From Octopus sinensis (taxonomy: Eukaryota), in contig NC_043001.1 in assembly GCF_006345805.1 (NCBI RefSeq), forward strand, positions 73,036,001 to 73,100,000: 64,000 bases of DNA, in the 5' to 3' direction. Below the pieces are notes generated by a model, which was not told the DNA's origin, made no database searches, and saw only the letters and a list, made by a program, of their open reading frames with translations. Below are positions 11,866 to 25,646 of this stretch, piece after piece. Made by a program: the position numbers and the translations under genes. Within the stretch, counting starts at the first letter, position 1, and every line of letters starts with the position of its first letter.

Positions 11866-12699
11866 TTAAACCATTAGGCTGGCAGCACAAACATTTGACA
11901 ACTCAGTTTTTATGTAGTCCCTCCGAAACAGAAGAGGTTGGTGTGACTGACTATTCAGCTTCACATTTCTTGTAGTGGAGAGGGAATTAGGAGGTGTTGA
12001 TGTTCCAGGAAGGTCTGATTGGGCAAACTGAGAGAAATCTGGATGGAGGATGAAATGTAGCAAGGATGAGAAGAGAGAGAGAGAGAGAGAGAGAATTACA
12101 TCAGTGTGTAGGGAGGAAGGTGGAGTGTGTAGTTTAGAGGAGTAAGGGTTGTAGTAGTAACGGTTGTTTAGTGTAAAGTCATTCCTGATGAAACAGACCC
12201 ATCATCAGAGATATTCCAACTATGACCATCCCATCAGTGGTATGTAGAACTATGTTGTCTTATATTCCTTGTTTAAGATGTTAGGGTTTACTGTAGAACA
12301 AATGGGGGCGGATGCTAATGAAGAAATACTAGCCATTGTTGGTTAATATTTGCTCTCTGCAATGATCTAGAGAAATGGTGGACTGACTGAAAACATTGAC
12401 AAACTATTAAAAAGTAAACACACCATTTTGAGTGTTTAAGAAAATAGATTCAACAGAAAAGATCAAAACAGCTGGGGTGATCCAATTGTAAAATAAACAG
12501 GATTGTGTGGAAATAACTACTTCAGTACACTTGTTTCTGACATGAAGTGATGATGTCAGGGACAGACATCATCATCATAGTCATCATCGTCATGTGGGGA
12601 ACACAGCACAGACTGTTTGCTAAACTTCTAAGTATTTCAGACTGAACACAGCAATGTTTTGATGACTTTCATAAATAGACACATGTTATGTAGGATGTT

Positions 12700-13222
12700 T
12701 GTTAATATCGACAATGTCTGTCCATATGTAAAGACTTGAGTTGTAGTATCAAAAGTGGGTCATCCTCCTTTAAAAGTTTCTGTCCTGGGCTACTGTGAGC
12801 TAGCAGTGGATATCAATCTTTTATTTCCTTGAGTTGTGTTTAATCACATCCTTGTATCTCAGTCCACTCTACTCTGACTACTCGTATTGCTGGCCAGCTG
12901 TAAATAGAACATTTGTCTTGGTACTTGAATTCTTCCATTCTTTGCACATTCCCAAACCAGCAGATGTTTCACTGTATCTATATCTCTTTATGTTGCCCAA
13001 ACTCTTTCTTTCCAGTTGTTGTGTACAATCTCTCTCAGATGTCTCATCATGAACGCATAAACTTTTTACCTATTTACAGACTGACGTTCATGCATCCAAA
13101 TTCATACACCAAGGTGGATAATGTTTGATCACTACACTTCATACTTCACTGGGTCTGTAGCATGCTTACTGCTCCAAGCTTCCTCTCTCAATCCTCCAAA
13201 TGCCAAGGTAGCCTTCCCTATC
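12700..13222 (-). mobile_element. Decayed RTE-clade LINE 3' ORF remnant
   Basis: Across frameshifts the minus strand gives GKATLAFGGLREEAW, STLVY, WFGNVQRME and LRYKDVIK, resembling RTE C-terminal motifs. Confidence 0.7.
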
Positions 13223-14427
13223 TGGTGATCTAGTTTATCTGGTCTGTATAACTACTACTGATTTTACCACTCAGATAGGTAAAGGGGTTAACTCTTCTCA
13301 AGTTATATATATCATCATCATTATCATCATAATGTCCCCTTTTAAATGTTTTCATGGATCAGATGGAGTTACAAATTTTTTTAGCTGGACACCTTCTTGT
13401 TGCCAGCCCTTGTTTTCAAGCAAGATAATATTTCCCCCATCACTAGGCATGTTTTTACAGAATATTGGAAATAAATGACACTGCATGTATTACAGTAACA
13501 ACCTTTATAACTGCCCCACTATATCAGTACAAGGTTATACAAACAGACACACACATACACAATGGGCTTCTTTCAGTTTCTCCCTTTCAAATTTACTCAC
13601 AAAGCTTCAGTTGGCATGGGACTTTAGTAGGCACTTATCCAAGATACCACTCAGCAGGACTGAACTGGAGACCATGTGGTTGGGAAATTCTTATCTTAAC
13701 CACACCACCACACCTATTTAACTGTCTGCCTATCTATCTGTCTCTCTTACTGTATCAACCAAACTATCGTATATCGTTATACATTACTGGTCACAATGCA
13801 CTTCCTCACATTGCTGTAGCTTTCAAATGATGCCACCCTACTGGTTAGGCAGACAAGCCAACAAGCCCCCACACAGAATTACCAACACAGGATTACCTAT
13901 TTACAGCTGAGTGGAGTGGAGCAATGTGAAATTAAGTGTTTTGCTCAAAAACACAACACACCACTAGTCAGAGAATCAAAACTATGGTGTTGTGATCAAG
14001 TGCAACACCCTAACAACTAGGTCATGCACCTTCACATATTTGTGTGTATGTGTGTAATTATGTGTATATGTAATAAATAAGTAGCTTCTGACAATAAAGC
14101 TGTCAATATTTGCATTAATTTTGTTTATTTACCTTTCACTGTTTTTGCTTAAAAAAATAGATAAATGAAATCTCTCTGATCATATTTGGTAGCCATCTCA
14201 AGAAATCACTTTGGTAAAACAACTTTTTTCCAATTGTAAATTCGAAAACTAATTCTGCTAAAAAACTATTCTCAGGTTAATAATTGTCACTAATAAATTA
14301 GACAATAATTCAGAAACTTTAAAGCAGAGTCTAGAATTGAACTAACACAAATGTTGCTGTTTAGTAATAGAGTTTTTCTGCTCTAGACTGTGGAATTGAT
14401 AAGTAGTCCTAACCTTGCTGAAATTAA

Positions 14428-14640
14428 CTCTTTTCATGCAAATCTGAGATCACTCTTGATTCTATGATACAAACTTCCAATTTTAGAGATCTGAATTAAA
14501 ATCTTCCATTAAAATTTCGTGTTAATTTATGTTCCAAACACCAGCTTATAATCACAGTTACTTTATTAAATTCTTCATTATTTTCAAATTCAATGAAAGC
14601 AAAGGCATTGTGTTTCAGCAGAAATATAGTAACAAGAGGG
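14428..14640 (+). mobile_element. TTAA MITE family 1 sharing its right end with the piggyBac at 10822-11865
   Basis: Starts TTAA|CTCTTT and ends CAGAAATATAGTAACAAGAGGG, compared with the piggyBac end CAGAAATATAGTAACGAAAGAG. Confidence 0.7.
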
Positions 14641-17495
14641 CAAAATCAGTCTTTCCTTGTGCCCTATGTAGGTTGAATTTATGGTGGCCACACATTGCAT
14701 CAGTTTGATTAGACTATTTCTGTTAAAATATCTCCCTGCTCAGAACTGGTTAAAGTTAACTTAACTACTATAATATGTTAAATATTTGGAATGTTAATAG
14801 AATAAATACAAGCTTACAGAAGAAGGTATATATTTGAAAAGAAGCAGTGTAGTAAATAGGTACATTGTTGGTCTAACATCTTAATGCGACAACACAGAGT
14901 GCTTTTCAGCTTGTTAAATTGCTAGCTTGTTAATTGATAATGCAACTGTTTGTGATGGTAGTGGTGGTAGCATCAGCAGCAGCAGCTGTATAGTGGTTGT
15001 AGCAGCAAAACATTGAAATAATTGCTTGATACAGTTAATATCTCTGTCAGAAGATTTTCATTACTTGAACAAAAAAAAAATTAAAACCTTGACAAGAGTT
15101 GGAGGAAAACCTGGAGAGAATGAACCAGCATTATTGCTAGGTACAAGGCTTAAAAAACACCTAGCCTTCAGCAACACATCAGTGCACTAGTTACTAGAAA
15201 TGTTTCTAATTTAGGCACAAGGCCAGTAATTTTGAGGGGAGAAGATTAGTCAGTCCCCATTACATGACTGGTACTTCAGTTTATCAACACCAAAAGAGTG
15301 AATGGCAAAGTTGATCGCAGTAGGATTTGAGCTCGGAATGTATGAATCAAAACAAATACCGAAAGCATATTTTCTAATGGTCTTACAAAACTGCCAGTCA
15401 AATAACTTTGAAACAAGAAATAATGCATCTATGGTCAGTGCAGGTGAATATTGCTTATTGGTTCCATTTTTACCATTCACAGTACAAGAAAGGAACATAG
15501 TAAATTATTCTCCTGATGGATTTTGGTAGTGATGCTGAGTGTTATTGTTATTTAGCTCTAGGTAAACTTAAAAATTTTTTTTAGGTGTTTGTCTTGGACT
15601 GTCTTATTAAATGACTATGTTGCTCATTTAACATGTAGGTTGTGATATGAGGGAAATTTAACTGCTGTTTTTAACACATCAAATGACTTTGTACAGGCTC
15701 CAATCATAGAATTCAGAAATGTCATATTATGAAGAAACTGAAAGAAATGAAGACTATTGGAGGAAGATTGTCAAAATTGTATTATTCGTAAATTGAAACA
15801 TTAAACATATATTTTTATACCACTGGGTATTAAGAAGTTCACTTCCCAATCATGTGGTTTTGGGTTCAATCTCACTGCATGGTGCCCTGGGCAAATGTCT
15901 TCTACATCATTCCCAGGTTGACCAATGCCTCGTGAGTAGATTTGATAGATGGAAACTGAAAGAGTCTCATTCTGTATATGTGAATGTACCTGTGTGTGTG
16001 CGTTAGTGTTTCCTTTTTTTGACATCACATGATAAACTATAAACAAGTGTCACCATTATAAAAGTGCAGTCATTCATTTCCAATTTTCCTTGGAAACATG
16101 CTTGATCATGGAGGAATATTACCTTGTATGGAAACAAGTGAGGCTTGGCAAAAGGAAGGGCACTTAGCCATAGGAAATCTGCCTCAACAAATTCTATCTG
16201 ATGCATACAAGTGTGGATAGATGGATGTTAAAACGATGATATACTCTCCACCCTTCTTTATTTATGCTCAGCTTAGTTTGTCTAAATTAAGTAACGGGGA
16301 CTGTAGTAAGATTTGAACCCTTGACCTTTAAATAAATATTTAAGTGTCATGACCTCTCTACTGACATATGCTGGGTTATCAATAGTGTTAGAAAGAGCTA
16401 ATCCAACAGATAAGAGAGGTAGATGAAATACATAGTGGAAAGGTTATTACTGCTGACAAGGAAGCAACTTAAATATGTTACATATCGCAAATCTGTTGCA
16501 TAAAACTAATATAATTAAGTGCAGGCTACCATATTTGAGGAACTGAGCCCCAAAAGTAACTCTTAATCATTTGAAATTATAGCTGCAATGAGAATACCTT
16601 TCATTAGCATTAATGAAAATTTCTTTTCAGCAGAGACTAGAGAGAAAACTTCCAAATTTTCAGTTGATCAAAAGTTGAATTATATAGCTGGATGGTTAAT
16701 GAGAAGTTTAGTATCTATGGGGACAATGTTACACATATTTCAGTTGTATTGGGTCTCCTCAGTTTGTATGGTCTTATGTATGATATAATCGATGTGCCAC
16801 ATGTTACAATATGCAATATACTCATCTATATACACAAGTATAAGGTGTTACAAAGAAACTCTTCTTTTGATTAACTCTGACCCTACTACACTAGGCCAAC
16901 ATTAGTAGAGCTAGGAGCTCTAGCTAACTGATACCTAATCAAACTGTCACCAATGGAAGTCAGCATCATTCCCCATGTTATTTGATGTTAGCTAACAAGG
17001 CTCCTAACCCTTATTATTAGTGTTTAGTCAGCCAATGAAGATAAGCATAATCCATATTATGTTGTGTTAGACAATAGAGAGACAGCCTGTAATATTGTAT
17101 TTAGTCAGAAAATAAAGGGACATAATCCTTTTTCATAGTAAAGAGTATTAATACCAAAAGGTAAAATATTCACCTCTTAAAAGTGGATAATGCCAAGGTA
17201 CCTATCGGTGACAAGGCCAAATGAGGCTGAACTCATGTAATCATGTAGTCCTGGCAGTGGAAGTAGTAGTGATTATCTGTTGCTGGCAAAAGCTATGATA
17301 TGCTTTTATGCACCAAAAAAGCATTTGAGAGATTTTTCTGTCTTGGTAAATATCACAGTATTTTTGTGTTCTTATGTAACAACCAATTTTAAGTGGTGAA
17401 TGTTTTACCTTTTTTATAGTGTTTAGTCAATTACTCTGTATCGTTTGTGCCAACTCACAGTCTTCTTTATTTCATTTCTAAATAACTTGTATGTA

Positions 17496-17712
17496 CAAGT
17501 GGAGTGCTGAAAAAGTTCCTGGCTTTAAAGGGTATCCATAAAAGGCCTGGTTGAAAGCTCAACCGTCTGAGTTCTTTTACAGAGCTTAGAAAAACTAAAG
17601 GACCACTGCAATAAGTGAATCTAAGAGGGAAATATGTTGAATAACATCATAATTAACTGATCCTCCTATGCTTTCTTTTAGCCAAAACCAGGAACTTTTC
17701 AGCACACCTTTA
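17496..17712 (+). mobile_element. Mariner deletion derivative (MITE-sized)
   Basis: TIRs GTGCTGAAAAAGTTCCTGGCTTT / AAAACCAGGAACTTTTCAGCAC; interior encodes a frameshifted transposase C-terminus AWLKAQPSEFF..LEKLKDHCNK..RGKYVE*. Confidence 0.8.
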
Positions 17713-19239
17713 ATAACATTACTTGCCTACCATTCACTGTAATAATTGCAGGTATAGTAACACACTCTCTTTGGTGTGCTCTTGTATAACAAAATCCTAT
17801 TAATGGATTAAAATGTCCACATTCATTTCAAACATCTATGTTATTAGCAATATCCATAAAACATCATTCAGAAAACGACAACAGTTCTAGGACTTCAACC
17901 AGATACCTGTCACTTGTCAGAAAAAAGTCATATTTCAGAGCATCCTGTTATTCCTGCCTCTCAAACTAGGTGCTATAAATTATTTCTGCTATTTAAACTA
18001 TACTATTTTATCTTCACAAGATAATCCATCTTAATACTAACAAACTAGGTTATTTTACAAACGTACACCAACACATATAGCAAGGTATTACAAAGCAATG
18101 TTGATGATCTTGAATCAACTTGACTTTTCAGTCTGTTAAGTATCTGCACTTACGTACGTGAGTGTGATGTCCCAGGATTAAATCAGCCAGCAACATCGTT
18201 CACTCCATCGTCAAGTCAAAAAAATCTGGTGGCGGTGTGGGATTTACAAAACATCATTGTTCGCTAATCTGAAAGTTAAAACTGCTATTTAACCAATGTG
18301 TTAATTATTAGATATTCAAACGTAAGGGACTTTTAATTAAATGACCACATTATCAGTTCTCTTCCTAATTCTTAACAATGTCCTTGATTAGTCATTAGCA
18401 TGAGAACCAATATTAATTAAAAGTGCTTTCAGGTAAGTTCATTAAGTTTACTCACTGCAGTGGGTAAACACAGGCATACTTAACATGTGCAGTAGCTAAC
18501 TACACCGAGTGCGTTGTTGTTCTTGTGAGTGGCAGTTTGAGGAGGGACTGTTCACTAGTGTTTATGTTGTTTGCTTCGCTGACATGCTGTTGCTCATACA
18601 ACCAAGTCGACAAGTGTTTTCACAGCTATCAACATTTGATTACTTTTCAATGAGCGCTCTGAATGGTGCAGCACAAGCAAACACCTCCATCACGAAGCTG
18701 TGATATTTTTGTTGAAGCAGTTTAAAATGTTCAAACCAGCTGCACTTGTGGACGGGGGGGAGACACACACATACACATATACACACAAACACATATGCAC
18801 ACTCTCTTTCACACGCACTTGTATTCACACACACATACTCATATTCACGCACTGACATACACTAGCTTTCATATTCACATGCTTTCTTACATGCATTCAC
18901 ATACTTCATCACATTAAAACATAGTCTCATATACACATGCACATATGCTCACTCACACACACACACACAACTCTCTCTCTCTCTCCCTCTCTCTCTCTTG
19001 CTCTCTTTCTCAGACATTTAAACATTCACCCACACAAAACAAAATATCTGTAATGCCATAACCATTGGTGTAGCTCTGCATTCATGTGTGGTGGTGGAGG
19101 TGGTGGGGCTGTGGGTGAGAAGTTTACTTCAACCAATATGTAGATTTGTTTGATGAAAATTGATAGAATTTGATTGTTTTTTTTTAAATATTACTATTGC
19201 GTGTGTGTGCATGTGTGTGTGTGTGTACGTGTGTATGTA

Positions 19240-19610
19240 AAGGCACATGGTTTAGCGGCTAGCATATCTGCCTTATGACCATTGGTTTAATTCCTGGCAG
19301 CTTGTGTCCTTGAGCAAGATGCTTTATTTCATGTTGCTCCAGTACATTCGAGGTACAAGTCCAGGTAAGGTTGTTTATGGAAGACCAGCAGTCGCCCATG
19401 CATACCAGCCTCCCCTCTCCATGCCACCAATGTTGTCCAAGGGTAAGGCAAAGGCCAACACAGCTTGGAACCAGTGACGTCACAACTCATTTCTACAGCT
19501 GAGTGAACTGGAGCAACATGAAATAATGTGTCTTGCTCAAGAATGCAACAGCCTGGTTTGAGAATGGAACTTGTAAGCCTGACACTCTAACCACTGAGCC
19601 ATGCACCTTC
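19240..19610. mobile_element. Inverted pair of SINE-D copies (+ head 19240-19345; - copy 19350-19610)
   Basis: CTTGAGCAAGATGCTTTATTTCATGTTGCTCCAGT pairs with ACTGGAGCAACATGAAATAATGTGTCTTGCTCAAG. Confidence 0.8.
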
Positions 19611-20529
19611 ATACCTAACCCATACAGTCATGGAAAAGTAAACATTAAATAGACAACACTGATGATGTATGTACACACACACAAACACACATACTACTAA
19701 GTATAGATGTTGTTTCATTATTAAGTCGTGAAAGTATCTTATTTCAATAATGGAAACTCAGAAATGATATTAACAATTTTTATAGTGTTATTCTGATTGT
19801 TGTCAGTAATATTGTGAGCAAACCCACCTCAACCGCAGGTCAACTCTAATCAAACAGATCTGTGATGACAGAGTCACAGACACTTAATAGAGACTTGGCT
19901 GCAATTTCTAACATGTCGACAGACCACTTGATAATGGTTATGTTGACATCAATATATAGCTGCTTTAGATTTCATTTTTTTTTCAGTAAACAACAAACAT
20001 GATGTTGACATTAATATAACATTTATGATGTTGTTGAGCAAAAAAAAAAAGGGATAGTTATGTGGGTTTTGTTTATTATTTGTGTTTATGTTTTCTGTTG
20101 CAAATATTTTAAAGTTCATACAAGATGTATCTGAAAATCCATAACCACAATTTAATATCATTTTGATGGATTCATTGCTCTGCCAGCAGAGACATTTGAT
20201 CAGAATCTATAGAAAACAAATTAAATTAATTACAGAAACTGAGAGGAGGGTGGTTATTTTATTATTGATATCTTTCGTTAATTTTGTCTCATTTATTAAT
20301 TTAATATCTTTTCTTTAGTTTTTCTTTTTTTTTTCTTTTTGTACTGTGCTACTGTCTCTTTAACGTTGTAATGTAATTGCTTCAATTTCAACACACATTC
20401 TCATATCAAATCATTTTGCTATCTTTTTTTATTATTATTATTATTATCTTTACAAAATTCTGTTGAAACACAGAAAGAATTAAGTGAACACTAACAACAA
20501 CAACAACAGCAACAATAATAATAATAATA

Positions 20530-20955
20530 ATTTCAAATTTTGGTACAAGGCCAGCAATTTCAGAGGAGATGTTAATTCAATTACATTGAACCAGTGTTCA
20601 ACTGGTACTTATTTCATCAACCCCAAAAGGATGGAAAGCAAATTCAACCTTGGCAGAATTTGAACTCAGAATGTAAAGACAGATGAAATGCTGCTAAGCA
20701 TTTTGACAGGCATGCTAACAATTCTGCCAGCTCACTGCCTTCAATAATAATCCTTTCTACTATAGGAACAAGGCCTGAAATTTGGAGGAGGGAGCCAGTC
20801 AATTAGATCAACCCCAGTACACAACTGGTACTTGATTTATTGACCCTGAAAGGCAAAGTTGACCTTGGCGGAATTTGAACTCAGAACATAGCAATGGGTG
20901 AAATACTGCTAAGCATTTCGTCCAGTGAGCTAATGATTCTGCCAGCTTGCCACCT
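20530..20955 (-). mobile_element. Two tandem SINE-B copies within an (AAT)n tract
   Basis: Two reverse-complement B units separated and flanked by AATAATAAT. Confidence 0.88.
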
Positions 20956-20990
20956 TACTGCCTTCAATAATAATAATAATAATAATAATA

Positions 20991-21200
20991 CTTAACTACG
21001 AACATGGCTCAGAAAGACTGGTACAAATGTAAAGATAGAACACCTACAAAATTCAGCATTGCTTGGAACTGCAAGAATTCTTTGCATAGTTCTTGAAGCA
21101 TGACCAGTAAACAAGTGTCACCTTAGTCGGCTGGCTGTAGACAGCTGACATTTTCCATTATACCCAGCAAAATAAGCTGAGAATTTTCTTCAAATAATAA
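20991..21200 (+). mobile_element. 5'-truncated restriction-like-endonuclease LINE (R4/Dong/HERO-like) 3' end
   Basis: 20996-21103 encodes LRTWLRKTGTNVKIEHLQNSALLGTARILCIVLEA*, like the LQKxxLLGTARILR terminus; short 3' UTR; (AAT)n on both sides. Confidence 0.7.
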
Positions 21201-21869
21201 TGGTAATCCAGAAAAGTTAGCATATTATGCAACATGCTGTTTGCTGTTCTGTTTATGAGTATGTGAAATGTTTCTGTTTACTGTTCAGTGATCCATGTTT
21301 TTAGTACATCCCTCAGTACTTGTTCTTCATAATATTCACTTTATCCATTCCCAATCTCTAACCATTTCTCACTCTACCAAACACTCTTGCAACCTCTACT
21401 CACCTACACTTCCTGTTCTGTCCCCACTTACCTTGTATCTTGATGTTCTCTCCTCACATTTCATCACCACTACTCTTATCTCTCTCCAGCTCCACCCCAA
21501 CCACTTGCACCCTCTCCTTTCCAGTGTAAGTAGGTACGTATCTCCCCAATTACATGAAACTTTTTCTTGTCCCTACCCTCATACTCATCTCCAAGCATAA
21601 AGCCAACTCCCTCTCTACTGTTGCCCATGGTGACCATGACCAGAATCTTTGGAGCTTCGTAATGACCTCACTAATGTTGATGTCATGAAAAAAGCACCCA
21701 ATACACTTGTTAAGTGATTGATGTTAGGAAGGCCATTAAACCATAGAAATCATGCCAAAGCTGACATTGGAACATGATGCAGTCTTCAGATCCATCATAT
21801 CCAGTCAAACCGTCCAACCCATGTCAGCATGGAAGGCAAATATTAAACGAAGATGATGATGTATATGTG

Positions 21870-22098
21870 TGTGTATATGTTTGCGTGTCTGTGTTTGTCC
21901 CCCCCCCACCATTGCTTGACAACCGATGGTGGTGTGTTTACGTCCCCGTAACTTAGCGGTTCAGCAAAAGAGACTGATAGCATAAGTACTAGGCTTCCAA
22001 AGAATAAGTCCCGGGGTCGATTTACTCGACTAAAAGGCGGTGCTCCAGCATGGCCGCAGTCAAATGACTGAAACAAGTAAAAGAGAAAGAGAAAGAGA
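21870..22098 (+). mobile_element. Young SINE-A 3' module following an RTE-tailed repeat
   Basis: CpG-retaining CCCCGTAACTTAGCGGTTC...GGCGGTGCTCCAGCATGGCCGCAGTC...GAAACAAGTAAAAGAG. Confidence 0.8.
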
Positions 22099-22409
22099 GA
22101 AATGTAAAAGAATGTGAGGTTGTCCTGAATCTCCTCTGCAACGACAGATCTGTTCCTGCTTACTCCATCATTCTTTTAACCGCTCTGCATGTCACTTTAA
22201 GTGACCACCCTATGAGCTAGCCTCCCTCACAATGAAGGAACCTATTTAGCCTTACAGGTTACAAGTTGAAAAATTACCCAGTACACTGGTTGCTGTTAGG
22301 AGGGACATTCAGCTGTAGAAACTACTCCAAAACTTGAACACTGGTGTAATAATAATTTACTGTTTTATTATCATTGATACTATTTTAATTACTGTTAATT
22401 ATTATATAA

Positions 22410-22634
22410 TAATTGGCTGTTATGTTATTGATTTTATGATAATTAACTATTATATTATTGATTTTAAAATATATAACTATTACATTATTGATTTTATAAT
22501 AATTAACTAGTATTGATTTTATTTTAATTAGCTATTGTATTATTGATTTTGTAATAATTAACCATTTTATTATTGATTTTGTATTAATTAACTATTATAT
22601 TATTGATTTTATAATTACTGTTATATTATTGATT
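22410..22634. repeat. AT-rich ~30-bp minisatellite, about 7-8 copies
   Basis: Unit ATTATTGATTTTATAATAATTAACTATTAT. Confidence 0.88.
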
Positions 22635-23241
22635 CAGTTTATTCTCATCACAGAAAACTAAAACTATTGATTAATGAATTATAAAGATAGCTGTTCAGTT
22701 CATTAAGGGAATGACTGCTTAACAGAACAAGTTCGAATATTGCTGTAGGCATTGTATTGTCCTTCAGATCCATTTATCAAAGTGTACAAAATTCAGTCCT
22801 GTATAGCACCAACATCCTAAGTAAATTTAGTTTCCCATCACTAGTTTTTATGGTCTCTGCTGGAAACATACTTCTGTATCCACTTGGCTACTGTGATCCT
22901 ATTGAGTTAAGTTTCTCCTCATCGACGCTTGTTACTAGTCTACACAACTTCCTCTCTTTCTTTCTCACTCTCTTTCTAATAGACATCTCACTTCACGTTA
23001 CATGCACTACTGCTAAGGAAAGATATTTGGAGTAAAGAAACAACAGAGTTTATTTTTTTGACATCAGATGAAAATCTATTGACAAATAACATGAGAGGAA
23101 CAAGAAGGTTACTCCTTAATTATCAACACTAGTACTCTTGCTCACTACTCTATCATTAACTTTATAACTGTGGTAGTAGACATGCAATATCAGAAGTAAA
23201 TGATAAAAACAACAGCAAATAATACTGACAATTTGCTTTAA

Positions 23242-23461
23242 CCCTTTAGTGTTCGCATTATTCTGCCAAAATTAATCCTTTTTATCCACATTGCCTTGAA
23301 CTAATTAGGCATTATCTTGGTGTTATGAGATTTTGATGAGGTAGCTGTTAATTTTTAAAACGATATTGTAGGGCTGGTGTGAGAGACCAGATCTGGCCAG
23401 TTTGAATATAAAACAGGTACAATACTTTTGGCCGGATATGGCCAGTTTAAATGCTAAAGGG
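23242..23461 (+). mobile_element. Complete 220-bp TTAA MITE family 2 (piggyBac-type ends)
   Basis: TTAA|CCCTTTAG...CTAAAGGG|TTAA with a perfect TTAA target-site duplication. Confidence 0.92.
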
Positions 23462-25615
23462 TTAAACATATTCATGAACCTCAATAAATTGGGGATTTCT
23501 CCCCCCTCCCCCCAGTTAAAATATAAAATCAATTGACTTTTTAGACAATTGTTGTGTAACTAAAGTTATTCTCTGCACCACCACCACTGTCATCATTGCC
23601 ATCACTCACTGTTTTTCACAAACTATCATGAAACAGCAAACAAAGCCAGTTCATTCATGTTATCATTAAAATGTCACTTCTTCCAACTTCTTTCCAATTT
23701 TCACAATGTGTTAGAAATTCCAGACTATCTTCAACAGACAAGAAGTAAATATTTTATTTGGATTCTTTTAGAATACAAATGTTTAATGCCAGTGTAAAGC
23801 ATCACTACGGACCCTCTTCACTCCCACTGTAATCGCTTGCATTGTTCTTGGAGGATTAATCAAAATCACTTCAGTAGTTTCCATAATGCAGGATTCTATA
23901 AAATATAGTAATATGTTATTACTGTTAACAGTTGAGTTTATATCACTAAATTGAAGTTCATTTATCTATTCTGTCTGCTAAGTAATGTCTGATACCTGCT
24001 AACACTTTAAAATATAAGGTGTTTATTTACTATGACTATTAATGTAGGATACATTTCCACTTTGATAGTGCAAAAAATTAACACTACTTCTTTAACCTTC
24101 ACAGTTATACAAATTATGGTTATAACGAACTACTAATTATTACAAACTGTATATAGTGAAAATAACAAAAAAAAAAAAGGCAGGGAGCTTCTTATATTGC
24201 AAAACAAAGCATGATTTATTAATTCCTCATATTTTGGGTGAGTCACTCATCTACAGAGGATATTTGTCAAAGAAGTGCTAAAACCAAAAGGCTGGCTATG
24301 TGTATTTGTCAATAACTTCTATATCTCTCTTCATATTGATTTCTTTAATCCACCTAATTACCTCTAATGTACTCAGTAAACATTGCCAGGCTTATCTACA
24401 CAGGTAGTATATTCTGACCATAAAGAAACAGTTTTCAGTTTTGGTTACTAAGTTGATATTCTAATCCAGTGTGATGGCATGTAACATGCTAATGACAAAC
24501 ACAGATATTATACACATAGATCTAGAGAATTTTCTCTTGCAGTACATTTGATAATAAGTTAAAAATGTCAGCTATCTCTCTACTTATCTTGAATATTTCA
24601 GTGACATCTTTCACAAATGTGAAGTTTATTAAACATTAGAAAGATTGTTTGGCATTTCATTGATTTTTGTTGTTGAAGATATCAGCTACAACTTGACAAT
24701 AAATTGTCAAATTGTTTGCCATTTTGTTGAGTGAACTCTAAAGAATGGCAGTATCTAATCATAAAGTTGTCTGTTATATGTTCTTTTTTTTTTTTTACAT
24801 CTGGCATGGGTTAGACAGATATATTATTGAGGTATTGTTTTTACAGCTGGATGTCCTTCCTGTCAGTAAACCTTATCTGTTTTTCAGATAGGGGATTTCT
24901 TTCCACACATCTTCAAATGTAAAAAGTGAGCTATTTGTTGACAGGAAAAATTACACCAGCATTTTTAGCCCCTGTCTTTCATAGAACCAAATGTAAATAG
25001 ACACACATGTATAGAGAGACAGACAGATATACGATGGGCTTCTTTTGATTTCCTCCTAAATTTTTGGTTAGCCCTGAAATCACTTGCTTAAGGTGCTGTG
25101 TAGTGGGATTGAACCCAAAACCACATGTTTGGGAAGCAAACTTTTTAACCATGCACCTATGCCTGCACCTATGGTGATAATATGTATTGATATAAAATAG
25201 ATGAATCAGTTTGTGCCATGGTTTAGTCAGGATGGGGATAGAGTATTGCAGCACATACTACCTGTGGATAGACAGGCAATGCTTATTGGGTAACAGTAAA
25301 TGGGGTGGAATAGAGGTGATTAATATTCAGAATAAATGTAAGACTTATTTATATATTTGGCTCCCTTCTAATCCTTACTCCTCTTTATAAAAGAACTCTG
25401 GGCACATCTGATCGTGGAATGACTACTATATTGGTGAGTTGGAGATTTCATAGTGAATTATCTTTTAGCATCTCTAGTCCTCTGATAGGTGCTTCTTTAT
25501 AAAAAGGGGATCTAGCAACAAACCTAATCTACATTTCTATGATGTCAACATATAATCCATTAGGTTTCATAGTTTCCTCTTTCAATAGACATGTGGCAAA
25601 CAAATGTCATATTCC

Positions 25616-25646
<31 letters not shown>

